Origin: Bigelowiella natans CCMP2755
Taxonomy: Eukaryota > Protista > Cercozoa
NCBI GenBank assembly: GCA_000320545.1
Contig: ADNK01001387.1
Span: 1 to 64,000 of the forward strand
DNA: 64,000 nt
Direction: 5' to 3'
Part shown: one piece after another, positions 1 through 14,129 of the stretch
How positions within the stretch are numbered: the first letter of the stretch is position 1
How the letters are laid out: each line of letters starts with the position of its first letter
The notes under the pieces: model-generated
The model's database searches: none
What the model saw: the letters and a program-made list of their open reading frames with translations, nothing else
What the model was told of the DNA's origin: nothing
Translations under genes and position numbers: made by a program

Positions 1-2990
1 GGGGGAGAAAGCGTCGATAGAAAGGGGAGGGATTAGGTGGAGAACAAAGGAATGTGGGTTGGAGCTGGTGAGGGGGGGGAAGAGGGGTTGCAGTATATCT
101 CGAGAGTGTACCTAACCAGTGTATCTTATCCTTTTGACATTTATAGAATGATGGTTTTTGGGTGTATTTATTCAATGTTTAATGATTAGCATTTGCTCGT
201 GTTATATAACGACGACATTTAATAGGAAAAGATGCATAGCCTTCAAGGAAGTACCAGTTTTTCTCCGATAATGACGGATAAGATTTATCTACAGCATGGA
301 CCTGATAATGACGAGAATGGTGACGTGGAGAGAAAGAAGGAGGAAGATCTCCGAATTATGATGAATGTAAACAAACGCCAAAATATTGAATGAACGTATT
401 TCCGATTAAGAATTAGGAAAAAAATGTGAAAGTGTAGTTACTTGTATGTGTGAAGGGGTGAATGAATGACGGAGAAAGTGAGAAAGAGAGAGGGGGGGGG
501 GGCTAAAAGAAGAAGAAGAATAAAGCATTCTAATGACGGAAGTACCTGGTGCTGGTACGTCGTAAGGAGAAAGTGATGCTCCTCGCCATACTCGAGTAGT
601 CGCTCAAGATCTACTTCCACTTCCTAACATGTATCAAGATAGATGATGATGATGATGATGATGATGATGACTAAGATATCCTTCAAAGTCATATATAAGA
701 AAGGGTGGTAGCAAAATCGGTCCTACTGTAAGTAGGCATGCATGAACCAGCATAAAACGAAAGCAGTCATTATTAGCTTGACGTCCAGTGCTTAGAATTG
801 TGTAATTATCATCATCATCAACAACAACAACAACAACATCATCATCATCATTATCATCATCATCATGATCTCCAAAGAGGTGTTCTGGCACATCTATCAC
901 ACTAAATCGTTCAGTACCTTCCAGAGCGTAGTTGCTACTGCGATAAGACCTATCCATATATAAAATATTTATATCTTAATTTATTATATTTTTGTTTATG
1001 TGTGTTGGGGAGGGGGGGGGGGATTGTAGTATATGGCATTTGGAAATGGTGTGGATCTTCTTTTTTAAGGTAATATCAAATTCGTCATTGATAGATGTGG
1101 TAGAGCAAAGCAATGATCCAAATCCTCACCCTGTAGTTGGCCACATAGAATCCCAACATCACCTACAATATATAGAAAAATAAATCATCATGTGTGAGCA
1201 GACGACTACTACTGTGATGATACTACACAACTGGGTAATAACAACTTTACACTATCCAAGCACGGAAGGCGTGGTGACATATATCTTTCAATTACATATT
1301 GACAGATGGCTATGAGTACTTATTGAAAGCGTATTTTCCGGTTTCAACTTCATCGAATCCATATCGTTCCATATGCACTGTCACACGATGCAGGGAAATT
1401 CAGATTTCTGATGATGCTGGGTTCAGTGAGCTCTGACTATTCTTTCTTCAAAACATAACATCACCGCCGTAACAATATACAACAGCTATTCCTCCCTGCC
1501 AACCAAATATCTTTCTTTCTGAATTTCTGAGCTGCTGAATGGGGGAAATCAATAGAAGAAGAACACAATGAGACACATACTCCGATTGCCACAACTGTGC
1601 GCGCCAGTTCGAAAAGCAGGCCTAGAAGTTATAGTATCACACAAATTCATAATTAACGATCTCCTGATGTATGAGGCATAGGATTTCATTATTTTTGGCT
1701 GGCTTCGGCTCAAAAAGACGTCAAGTAATACTTACCGTGCATTCTTCGGTATATCCAGCGCAACTAATTTAGGGAATCGTAGATTATTCCAAATCAATTC
1801 CAAATCATGATGAGAGGAACCAACATTCGCACACAAGCACCAAGCAACGGCTTCGTTAAACGTTGGGTGAGGAGGAAGAGAGAGAAAATGTCATCATACA
1901 CAAATGATATAAAATTAAACATATACCGTAGGGTCAATTGCTAAAATTAATGCAGATTCTGAGGCCCCTCCTTCTCCTCCTTCGTCTTCGTCGCTTCTTG
2001 CCTTTATCATACTGTTTTGTAATCCTATCACTCTCTTTGAACTTTTTGGTTTTTGGCGTTTTTCCTCTTTTGGAGAAATACTAAGAAATGGGTTCTCTGA
2101 GGTTGCCACTTCGGATAAGCTACCAGCGTAATGTTCCCCTAAAATTTGAGCAATAACAACGAAATTTTGATAAATCTACATCTTTGTCTTTAGGGGGAAG
2201 TAGTAGAAGGAATCCTTGATGCTTTTGTTGCAAGTTCTTCTTCTGTTTATTCGTGCGTATTCGGAGAGGAATTGCTTGTTAATTTGTTTGTAGTCGTTGT
2301 TTACCCAAGAGCGCTCTAACCAACGATGTGTTGGCAAGGATTTCTGTAAGCAGCGACGGCGGCTAAAGTGTTACAAAGACGTAATGTATAATATGTATAT
2401 TTTTCCTTCTAATAAGTCTCATATAATACAACACATACAAATTGAAAAAGCAGCAGCATACACAGTCCTAATCTCTATTTTTATTGTCTGCTGAATATTG
2501 ACTCATCATTTTGCTTAATTGACCTCTGTATCAACATCAAGTGCTGTAGAAGTTGAGTTTCCCTTCTTTTCTCTCCCGTGTTTATGTTTCTTATCTTCTC
2601 GTTCCATAGACGTTCGAGCAAGCGATCGAATCGCCTATTGAATTATAGTTTCGATAGTGTTGTGGTTGTATTCTAAGCAGTCTTTCTTGCAGAGATTATA
2701 GTCTAACATACTGGTCTATATCATAGCAACAATTAGTACTACGATTACTACCTTTTTACCAACATCAAACTGTACGTCTGGGATTGCCTTCGTTGTCCTT
2801 AAAATCCTATTGACCGTGAATGACAAAGGTGAAATAATGAGTAAAACATAATTATAATCATCATCATCATAGATGATTTGATGATAGTAGTATAGTTGGG
2901 AGTGCAAGGATACAGTTAATGCTCTCAATTGTATGTATGGTAGCGGCACAAACCGATACAGCACCGAAGCTCCAAGAGTAACGATCTGAA
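1..2990 (-). CDS. Multi-exon hypothetical protein; runs off the left edge, 5' end approximate
   Basis: Protein-like minus-strand exon fragments bounded by GT..AG: MEREDKKHKHGREKK (~2600), MATSENPF..LAIDPT (2109-1930), FNEAVAWCLCANVGSSHHDLELIWNNLRFPKLVALDIPKNAR (~1860-1735), MERYGFDEVETGKYAFNK (~1370), YALEGTERFSVIDVPEHLF (~930-870), EVDLERLLEYGEEHHF (~620). Family not recognised. Confidence 0.6.
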
Positions 2991-3369
2991 CATCAATAAC
3001 ATTTAGACGTATGCGTTAAATACAGCATCACACAAACACACACACACACACACACACAAACATACACACCCGACATAGACACACACTTACTATATAACGT
3101 GTATTGAATTAAGGAAAACTTTTACCCGGCCTACGTGAAGCGAGAATGCGTCGCATGTCGACCTATGTGCACAACAATTATAATATAGTCACGACTCTGC
3201 TACAGTTGCCTGTCTTTATGCGTACAATGTAGAATTCAGTAGCTCGTTTGAATAAGGGTTGTGTTTGGATGTGAGTACTACCGAAGCTGCAGCAGCTTTT
3301 CCTTGAAAGGACTCGATATGTATCCGATTGAACCGTCTATTGATATTCATCTCTACATCAACATCAATC

Positions 3370-4158
3370 ATTCTGACAACAAACTGATATATGCCACTAC
3401 GCAACAATGATCCGTGGCTACATACACCATTGTGCTTCTGCTTTCTTCAACACTCTTGTTGGCCCACCCCTCCTCCCCCTCCTCCTCCTATTCTATCATC
3501 AAGTTTAAGCATCGATCTAAAACACCAGTGCCTATAATACTGAAGTCACAACTAGTGAATTTTCTCTGTTAAATTTGAAATGTGTTCGTCCTTACTCATT
3601 CTGTTAGCTAAGGAGGGCAAGAATGCGATAAAAGCCTACCACCCATATGGTATTATTAGCGTATTCATTGTACTCATACTGGTGGCGGTGAAGGTCAAGG
3701 ATCAGAAAGTAGCTCAAGATCATGAATTAAAATATAATTGAGCATCATCCGGGGTGCAACGTGGATACCCACCGGTGTGTATATCTATCAACATGTCTAA
3801 CTTCTCTTCATGTCCTACTCCTCCTATTCACAAAATATAAAATCAAGATAACCGCGGAGCGACGTAATCTCTTCTTTCGCTCAGGAGTTGGAATCCATTT
3901 CCCAGTCTTTGACTCAAAAACCGATTTACTTCGTAGCACTCCAAGAACGTAGGCCACACGCTTGACGACCTCTGATCTTATTTCGGATGCTTGGTGGGAT
4001 GGTGGTAAGCTTGAGATTACTCCGGGAGATAATGCAGTGTCTATGAGGAAGAACAGAATGGTGCTTGTTTTTCATTTGGTGTTACGGAGAGAATACGAAG
4101 AGGAAGAAGAGAATGAACATCACATACGACAACACTATTTACGCAAATACACAATCTA

Positions 4159-4201
<43 letters not shown>

Positions 4202-4380
4202 TATATATTTCTATAATTGTATGTATTTCACTCGCACCAATAGTCGAAGCTCGGGAAGAAATATGTAAGAGCCATGTTTTGATCTCATCAAGAAATAAAT
4301 CCAGCGGGTCGCCTAGGTTTGATTTCTGAGATATAATGGACGTTAGGAACATACCAAACGTCGTCTGGGATGAGGAAATG

Positions 4381-4446
<66 letters not shown>

Positions 4447-4956
4447 TCCCACAACGACTAAACCAGCTACTACAACCAGATCTGCTGGATGCTTCCTCTG
4501 CCACTCACAAATTAGCGCGATGACGGACATTGCCCACTGAATAACAAAGCATTGTGGTGTAAAGTGGTGATTACTACAACTATTTCACACATTAAACTAA
4601 TTTTTATATGCTGGTGCTGGTGTGCATCATCATCATTATTATTATTAATATTATTATTATTATTGTGTTGTTGTCTACTACTTACTTGCGAAAGAGGCCC
4701 TGGGGAAACTCTTGCAATCCAAGTCACTGTTGAGTACCGAAGTTGCGCCTACCATCGATCATATACAGCCTCATGGGAAGTTGGTTCGATTTTAGCGAAT
4801 TTTATAAATCAAATAAAGGTGAAGATGAAGCATATTATCAGCGCAGTGATATCATTTACATACAGAATAACTACCGTGGATTCGGAGTCTCCGTAGTGAA
4901 CTTGAACTGCGGGTGGGGGCGGCCATTCCAGAGCGTTGGGGGGGGGCTCTGAAAGC

Positions 4957-5006
<50 letters not shown>

Positions 5007-5037
5007 TATTTATCAATTTATTTATTTCAATATGAGA

Positions 5038-5081
<44 letters not shown>

Positions 5082-6614
5082 ACACACGATGGCAGTTACA
5101 TTAATTCTGACACTACGGTGCTATTTGAGAGTACAAACTCACATAAGTTTCGAAGGCCTCCCTGAGAACCGTCAGCTGAGCCCTCTGCTTGGGTCCTGAG
5201 GAAAAAAGTTTATATGTTTCTGTCTACATAGAATATGTGTTTTACATATCTAGCATGTGATTGATGGTGGGAGGGATTTATTAGTCCTCCCCTGCCCTCC
5301 AACATCCACATAGGCCCTCATCTCTACAAGTACAAACCTAGCTTTTGACTACTCCTTAGACTTGTCATGATCCTTATAAAAGATGTAAGTGGTTGGCTGG
5401 CTCTCCTCCTCCTCCTCCTCCTCCTCCTCCTCGACGGGGAGGCTAGCCGCAGATTGGCCGTTGCTCACTTCGGATGATTAACGTCGGCAGCAGGGAATGA
5501 AGACAAAGATTGGTGACAATGTATTCATGCGACATAAAAACTACGATGTCTTCCCAAGGAAAAGAAGTCCATATTTAGAAATAATACCATCGACGGTAGT
5601 AACCGGCACAGTTGCCACGAAATAGATCTAGATCTTAGAATGTGGTAGAAGATGATGTCGCACCAAAAGCTTGCGTCCCAGACTACTGTCGAGCTCTCGA
5701 GTTTCTCCAGACAATTCAAATTCTTATGTTGATTGGAGAAGGACGCCAAGCAGTACCCCTCCTGAGCTTATTTTATGTTGCTTCATCAAAATCATCATGA
5801 CGCAACCTGAGAACCTCCTTGTATCCGTTGTACCGTTGTTACTAGCATACCGCTTCTTCCTTTCTGGTACATGCTTCTTCTCAACAACTGTCAGTACGTA
5901 ATAGAAACAGTATGCCATTGTCTCCTTACGACAATGATTATCACCTATTTCAAGATTCCAATCGCATAAATAGCCGCTCATCAGTGGAGTGCAAAGCAAA
6001 ACTCATCATCATCACAGTCGAACTGCAACCCCACCACCAGCATAGACCTAGATCTACGTGTGATGTCGACCCATTCGCAAACTCACACCTTCTCACCACC
6101 TTTCTCATCCTCTTCCGCCCGCAACGGAAACAGTGGAAACACTATGGCTTCGCTAACGAGAAAGACGCGAACACCCAGTGCAGTTGAAGCTGTGGAGAAT
6201 GACTCTTTAGTGTTTGTATTCCTTGTGATGATTGGAGGAGCGTTCCTTACCGTGGAAGCTTCATGTGGCCTCCCAGACGATATTTTCTTTTCACTTTCCG
6301 TGTTGACAAGAATTCTCGCATACATACTCGTAATCATATCTTTTATAGTGTGGCAAAGCGGAGCTGCCACAGTGCAGTTTTTGCAGAACTTAGATGACGA
6401 AGATGGTATTTCTGGGGTATGGCGCCTTGGGTCAGATCGCGAAGATTCGAGCAGAATACGTGCGTTTCAGAACGTATTGATCGCGATTGGGCCAATGTCT
6501 GTTTTAATACTTGAGATTTCTCTTCTATTCGGAACAAAGTTATGTTTCGCATGCATAGCTATCAGTGCTTCTGTCTACTTGAAGCTGGTATGCTTTCGCG
6601 AAGTTGACCTCTAA
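3370..6614 (+). CDS. Multi-exon hypothetical multi-pass membrane protein; 5' end uncertain
   Basis: Terminal ORF 6060-6614 has several hydrophobic helices (SLVFVFLVMIGGAFL, RILAYILVIISFIVW, IAIGPMSVLILEISLLFG). Upstream hydrophobic fragments such as PYGIISVFIVLILVAVKV (~3650) and MTQPENLLVSVVPLLLAYRFF (~5800) are separated by microsatellite-containing introns. Confidence 0.5.
4165..5078. repeat. Cluster of intronic dinucleotide microsatellites: (TA)n ~4165-4200, (TC)n(TA)n ~4385-4444, (TA)n ~4960-5009, (GA)n ~5033-5078
   Basis: Directly visible in the sequence. Confidence 0.95.
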
Positions 6615-6699
6615 GGTTCCTTCATTATTTCATATCTATGGTATCATGTAGTTTTATGCCTTGGAAACTAGCTGGCTATCTCTATGCAGTATGCAGGAT

Positions 6700-8000
6700 C
6701 GCGATTTTATTAAGATCTTAGTTTTCAATGCCTCGCCTCTCATTCATCAAGTAGATCCTTAATGATGTTGGCCTCGAACCTACACAAAGAATGAATATTA
6801 AAAAGAAAATCGAATTGTCGATATATGATGTACAGAAAGAGGATATTAGATGTACACACAGTACATATATATATTTTATTGATGTTGATGTGAGATGTAG
6901 AATTGTGTAAATGAATGTGTTTTTTAAATGTACATTGCCTGGAAATTTCAGTGGATACGTATCCCTCAATAGATACAACACAATCTTGTTTAGGCAATGC
7001 TATATATTTCGCATGCATCTTGCATCTGGATGCAGCCTGTATAGTAGGGCCAAGCATAATATTCGCCAGCGCAGCGCACAATTTCCACAGTCGCAGTCGC
7101 ACATGCGTGAAGGCATTTAATTGATAAATTACATCCGTCTTACATGCGGAAAGACCTGTTATGTCGTCCATGCATTGCCATATAGACGTGTACGTGATGT
7201 CGGTCTGCAGCTCTAGACCTAGGATCACGAGGTCGGGACGCATGTATGAACTTGTCTAGATCATTACGCGTGTACGTGGCCTTGTACATGTACGTACGTT
7301 GCTGCGTATAATGCCACACAAATCTAGAAGCCGTGACGACTACTAGACTAGATGTTGATGACATGCATCACACACAACGACACGACGTCCTTCAAATAAT
7401 AGCTAGCAAACTAGACATGCGCAGTGTCGTATCATACTTGTTCATACTTTCATGATCTCGAGTTTCGTCACCGTTAGGCGGCACATCCATTCCTCATGCG
7501 TTGTCTAGTGCGTATTGTGAGATCTAGAGATACACGCATGCATGATGATCGATGAATGAACATCATCTCTAACAATCAAACAAAACATCTACGGTGCATG
7601 CTACAAGCCAGCAAGCACTACTGCACGACGTACAACACAGGCAACAATGAAATAAGCGTTCAACCAGCCTCGACAAGATTTTACAGTTTAGTAATTTCTT
7701 CCAAACTTAAATTCTCACACACGTGAGAGCGGTGCACTTTCACATGCTAGCATGGACAGAGCGCACGCACATGCGCCCACATTGCATCTTCTTGTTAGTC
7801 ATTAAAATCCGCAGTGGCTTATTGCAAAAAATTGTGCAGTGTTAGGGTTTTAAATGCGATGGATTACATGCGCGTGCGATGTTGAGTATGCGACATCCAA
7901 TTTTGCATGATGATGATAGTTTAGTGTACAGGTGTTACGTCGCAAAATCAATGCATATTCCATCATAAATTTGAAAGTCTGCAAAGTGCACGGGCTTTTA
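6700..8000. other. Partially TpA-depleted, CTAG-enriched intergenic island that contains a possible degenerate gene (ORF 6740-7243, minus)
   Basis: About 10 CTAG in 7201-7620 by hand count, and CA/TG-rich. Lies between two convergent genes. Confidence 0.5.
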
Positions 8001-8095
8001 CTGGTTAGTTCCAACCGCAATGCGATCTTTTCCTTCAGCTACATAGAGTAAATGTTCAAACACTTTTCATAAAAGCAGGCCTGCGTCTTTGCAAC

Positions 8096-10200
8096 TTATG
8101 TACTTTTGACACGAGAATCCATTCCTGCAGTAAATAGCGGGAAAATTTGACAAATGTATATGATTCTCAAAAACATGGATGAATAGCGTTTATGAGTAGA
8201 TTGTAGCCATTTTATTAAAAAAATGTATAGGAACAAATAGATTTCATCGACATAATTTCTGATTGTTGCTGAATGATAATAAAGGGGACTCAACGCTGCT
8301 ACCTACCTCCACCGATCCATACGAGATTTGAGTATCCTGCTTTCTCCAGCTCTTTTACAGCCTGAACAAGTAAGTATCAGTTGTGTTGCTGTGGCAGCTA
8401 TCACAAATTAAATCTGTGCTCGATTTTTTAACAACAGGGTTATCTGATCATCAGCATTATAATACAGAACTACTGATACAATCCCGCCAAATCTAGATGG
8501 TCGTTTTAGAAAAAAGGGCCAAATTTCGATATAAACGCCAGATTATAAGTTGGAAAAATTGGCCATGTGAGTTCAAATATCTGTACCAGAATGGAGCGCA
8601 CGCCGCCTTCGCAGCCTACGACTATCTGTGATGGACAATCAATAATATCCATGAAAACAATAATAAAGAGGGTTTAAGGCTAACAGTGATGTTGATTATT
8701 GGTACCTTTTCTTCCAATTCCGGGAATGCCTCTTTCACCTACCAGGGAATCAATTAATTTTGGTCTCAATCAATATATGTGAATCCTCGCCTGCTCACCT
8801 CCTCAACAAATTTCTCGTTCTTCTCTGTGAACGTCGTGCCTTGTGCCCAAGCAAGAAACTGTTGTACTTTCTTATCATCACCTACCAAGAATATCAAAGC
8901 TCAGGCTTTGATCATCAGTGAAGGTAGTAGTATCCCTGTGCTTCAAGTGTTGCTCACCTGTGGACTTCTCATACAAAGCTACCTGAACAAAATCAAATTA
9001 TTAAAGACGTAGAAAATTTTCATATTGAAACGGTTTGATTGCATACATGAACAGCATTATCTCCGGCAGGCAATGGCTTTTCCTCCCTCTCAAATGAAGG
9101 GCGGACATCAAGAAGCTTATATCCATCGCCCAAATAGCCGTCAATCTGCCGTTGTGTAGTATAATCAGGTCAGAAAAAATAGCCACATTAAGATTTGATC
9201 AGACAGCACCTGATTGGGTTCGGCAATTGTCATAGAGTCCATCCAGCTATGGTAGTAGTTAATAGTAGCAGCAGCAGCCAGCAGCAGGAGGACCAAAGGA
9301 AGGTTCATTATATATATCAAGAACAAATTTGTCTGCAGCTACTACTAGCCCTACTACCACTACCACTTTGATTACTACAATCATCATCCTAGTAATGCTA
9401 ATTTACTACTACCCCCAATCCATCTACAACTTAGGTTACTATATCACCCTCTGTAAGGGCCGAGAGAGTTCGTTCGCTTTAAACGCTCAATCATATCTGT
9501 TGGAATCTGGATACAAATATTATGATTACAATAATCACATGGAACCAATTATGGTATGCGTTAGATAAAACGGTTCACATCACCTTTCCGTAAGTCCTCG
9601 ACGTAGAATGCTTTTAAGGCACATTGATTTTTAGTTACAGTTGCACCGGGCGTCCATCATTAGTAAAAACAAATCACCTTTCTCCCCAAAAAATTGGCGA
9701 GGCGACTTTGAGCACCCCGTCGTGTCATGACTCCGTTGACCCTGCCATCAACACTACTACCACCCAAGGATCATCAATCTCAAGTCAACAACATTATACT
9801 TGTATATCACACCTTTGTAGCAGGAAGAGGAAACCAATCACCGATAAAATCATTAGCTGAATATTGGGAAAAAGACAGTCACATGGGGGATCAAATTAAG
9901 AAGGATAGTAAGGCATGCGGAGCTTACACACAAGAGGAGATAAGAGCTGGGAGGGGACGAGTTGTGAAGTTGGGTTGTCTAAAGCATCAAACTCCTACTA
10001 TTTCCGACATCGGGGCGTACGCATACTGTTGGTGGATGTTTGCCAACTACGACAACAACTTTTTCATCCAAAACTAATAAAAAGAAGAGGAAGAGGAAGA
10101 ATGTAGTAAAGATGTAGTGATTCACAATGCGACAACATCATAATCTTTGTCGTAGATCCAAATACATTGAGCCAATGAAACTACCGGTGTACAGCGTAGA
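8096..10200 (-). CDS. Rhodanese-like domain protein resembling plastid STR-type proteins; N-terminal exons uncertain
   Basis: Spliced translation gives IDGYLGDGYKLLDVRPSFERRK (~9140-9075), FLAWAQGTTFTEKNEKFVEEV (~8860-8800), IVVGCEGGVRS (~8630-8595) and ELEKAGYSNLVWIGGG (~8360-8305), which match the rhodanese LDVR, C-x-x-G-x-R-S and GY..V.W..GG motifs. Confidence 0.8.
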
Positions 10201-10299
10201 GGAATGGAGGAGTGGCTAGAATGCCATTCTTGATTCCTTTTTGTTTCACTAGTTAGTTCTTACTAGCCCACTGAAGTTAGTTCGAGGCACAGTTTTAGT

Positions 10300-11230
10300 C
10301 CTCACTGAAGCCAGTTCGAGGCACTGCATTTCGCACACTGTACAGTGTCATGTCACACTTTGGAGATGCAGTTTTTCATCATTGTTCTCATTGCGTTCTC
10401 ATTGAGCGACGACGAAATCGAATTGGCTCGAGGATGTGCGAGCAAGCACGATGGAACTAGTTGAAATCATCCAGCACTTCTAGACTTGTTTGCAAAGGCC
10501 AGGTTTGCGATGGTTTTTGCAATGCATGCAGCCTCTGAATCCAATTTGCAACGCACAGCAAAATTGACCAGCGAGCGCGTGATGACGTGCAGCCGTGCTT
10601 GTCTCGCTGTCTAAGTCAACTCGGGACTAGAACACACTGTTTGCAGTTTGTCATGTCTATGTCACGTCTGATTCGACAGGCGAGCAGTGTGGTGCATGAT
10701 CGCCCGCGAGCAGCAGCCGCATGCACGTGCAACGGCTTCAGGTTCATTTGACACCTCCGATGCAACAACGCAGGTGTCCCAACAAAGCTGGAGGGCAAGC
10801 AGCAGGCGGATTGAGAGCGTCGATAGGCTTGCAATGCGATAGACGACACACGTGATGATGATGATCAAGCATTGTGAACCTTCTCGACACACGCACGTGC
10901 AAAATTGTTGCAGACTGTGCAGTTGCTCCAACATTGTTCATTGATCGCCTCGACCGCAAGAGCTGCATCGTGGCTGCTGCTTGTGGCGATGCAATGAGCG
11001 CTGCGTGCAGGATCATGAAAACCTCAGACGGTGCATCTGACACAACATCTCTACACATCAGACAATTTTCCATGTGCTACCTGAATTTCTGAAATGGCGC
11101 ATTTTGCATTGGAGGCAACATCAGGCAAGCGGCATCAGTTCAGCTGCTCGCAGCGCGCTTCACGCATGCGGTGCTTGCTCGGCCACTATTTTTCTGCACG
11201 CATGCTGTGCACAAACGTCATTGACGGCAC
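10300..11230. other. TpA-depleted intergenic island
   Basis: About 11 TA in 10321-11220 by hand count, 10 of them in CTA or TAG context. CpG is retained. Confidence 0.85.
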
Positions 11231-11299
11231 AATAACAACGAGTTAGAGTATGTCATTACATCTAGACATTATAACATGCACATGAGCACACGGATCGAA

Positions 11300-12572
11300 G
11301 ACTAATTGGCTATGGCCAACACGTGTCTCCATCCACACGCTATCTCAGACAACTGCTTAAGGTCTTTTGCTATGAGATATTGCCGTTCTCCTTCCTCATT
11401 GGTATTCATGTTGTCGCCACCCCTTGATAGCGGCAAAGCGAGATGAAGTGTGAAAACAGGTGCAAAATCATAGGGGAAGGAGAAGAAATCATAGTTAAGG
11501 GAGCTGCACGGAAATTATTTTCATGTTAGTGTGCGTCAGTCAATGCATTCTTATCAATATGCTCACCTGATCCCTGCTCCAACTCTCACGAGATTTCCGT
11601 CTTCCATCAGGACGAATGTGTCATAAAATCCTGTGAATACCCGTGTGGCCTTATCTGTCGTCACCCCAGGACATGTGTTTCTGCGAATACACGCCACCAC
11701 CCATGTGCTTAGCAAGGATGAAACCAGCACGGAATTTGCCATAAATGTCGAGAATCATGTTCTACGTTCGAGTATGGTGATTCCAAGCTATTTTGTGTTG
11801 TTATTATTCTTTTGCTATCTTCTCTTACGAGTCAATTCGAAGTGTCGTGGGAGGTGTAGCACATGCAGTCTTTGCCAGGCTCTCATAGAGATCTCTACGA
11901 ATTAAAAGGAATAACAGTGGTACTATTGATAAGTGCATAGTTGATAAGTTAGAGAGAGGGATATTGGACGAATACTCAAGGAAGGGGGCACAGAAATATC
12001 CTCACCAAAGTAATTATTACAGCATTTTCCAAGCAAAGAGGTGTCGTTTGTTTTTATTTGGCCAGTACCACTACGCCCCTGCAATTCTCTTCTCTTCCAA
12101 ACCTACTGCCACTTCTACTCTACACTCCCCATCCTTTCTTAATCTCCCCAACACTAGAAGTTACTTGTTCTTATTGACAATTGCTTTTTCATGTGAGACA
12201 CCGCATTGGCCATGACGGTTCATTCCCCAAGTTATTACACGCCCATAATTTGTCAATGCTGTGAAACAAAAATAAGCTTTTAATGGTTGCGATGTAGCTG
12301 CTTGTAAATCTTAAGGAAAATTTCAAATGTTCATGGCAAGTACACGTTGTCGAATAGCCTCCAGCAGAATTATGCCAACTGTTATAGAATATTGTTACAT
12401 TACAGTACCTGCACTGTGCATGTTTCCAGCAGAAACTTGCACAATTGTTTCCCCTTCCTTGAATGATGCTTCTCCTCCATCAACAATGCTTCGCAAGTCC
12501 ACCTTTGATGGCGCCCATCTATGGTGAGAAGAACTTGAATATTTTGTGTTCTCATCTCTTTTGCTGCTACCA

Positions 12573-12611
<39 letters not shown>

Positions 12612-14129
12612 TCAACGACCTGTCGTAGAAGTCGGGTAAGCCAAGCTCTATATTATTATTCCTTCCCGTTGCCCATACTTCGCCATCCTCCGTTAGGAAC
12701 AGGGTATGATTCAATCCTGCTCATAGTAGTAGTGGTAGTAGTAGTAGTAGTAGTAGTAACAGGTAAGTGTGATAATATGGCTTCTTATATTCGATGTAAC
12801 TTATGTGAAAAAAATCTGACTTTTTCGACCATTCCTCTTTTTGAATGATATGAGCTAGTATTAGGAAGCATACAGACCTGCAGAGACGTCGGCCACAGTT
12901 GGCATAGAATTCTTGGGATCTCCCCCTCCAACAATCACTTTGTTTTTGGTGTTCCCGTTAGAACTGTTGGCATTATTCATCATCTCACTCAATACTCCCC
13001 CCATCGAAGGTGCAGCAACGTTGTTGGAGCTGTGTTGTTGTCGCTGCTTAAGGAAATATGCCAAGTTTGACTCGCGCACATTTGCCATGTGCCATTGCCT
13101 CCTGTATCAGTTGATTATGTGATAGATTAATGTACGTCATCGGGTTTTTATATACATGCCATTGTATACAAAGCAACGACGAAGTTGAACTAAAATGATG
13201 GGTAACAGCTTTCAAGATGAGACATCATCGCCACTATCATCATCATCGTCACTATCCGACCTGTCGGTCGCATTATGTAGCTCTAGCAAGCCCAGACAAC
13301 CAGTTGCGCCTTTCCCGCAGCCCCACACGTCACCATCCTCATCCAGGACCATGAGATACTGGAATCCGCACGACACAGCTTTTGCTCTCTTCATTGGTCG
13401 AAACCTCGATGCTGTTTGTGCTGATGACGGCTGCTTCTGCAGTCTGACTTGTGTAGGTATATTCATATTAGAACTAACCATTGTGTCCCCATGACCTAGC
13501 TGCCCTCGGATTCCACTTCCCCAGGTAAAAACCCTTCCATCGTCAGAAAGGCCCACACAGAATTCAGACCCAGCATCGATGTTGACGAAGGTCACGTTAC
13601 TAGCGGCTACAGTCTCATACTGCGAACTATCCTCCGAGCTGAATTGCCTAACCTGTGTGATTTCCATGGGGACTGTTACGGCGCAGTCATAGGTCATCCA
13701 TCCCCAGCGAAGTCTTTGTAAACGTTCCACAAACGAGGGATAACGTGCAAAGCGCTTGCCTGTAGTAACCAGCGACACGATGTTCTTCTCCCAACCCCAT
13801 TCAAATATCCTGCCATCACCGGTCAATGCTAGGCTAGTTGTCCAACCACACGCCACAGATTTTATTTCCTCGTTCACCAGCGTTTGAAGACATTTGGCAT
13901 CGTTTTCATCAATGTGTTCATAGCTCCCGTGACCTAGGCCGCCGAGCACCCCAAGGCCCCAGCTGTAGCAATTGCTGCCCGCTCTCGTCAAGGTGGCGTC
14001 CTCATGAAGAACTTTAGATGATAGACTCCGAACAATTTTGTGGAAGGGTCGATGACGACGAGAGGCGTTCTGAAAGGTCACTGAAGGAGCTGCAATTGAG
14101 CGAATGTAGTTGCAGGGACAACGACGCAT
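11300..14129 (-). CDS. RCC1-repeat protein with a probable mitochondrial presequence (RCC1L/WBSCR16-like); 3' end approximate
   Basis: ORF 13212-14129 has an Arg/Ser-rich N-terminus followed by RCC1 repeats (YSWGLGVLGGLGHG, VACGWTTSLALTGDGRIFEWG, IDAGSEFCVGLSDDGRVFTWGSGIRGQLGHG). Later exons read VSAG/NHTLFLTEDGEVWATGRNNNIELGL, ALTNYGRVITWGMNRHGQCG and GFYDTFVLMEDGNL. Confidence 0.85.
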
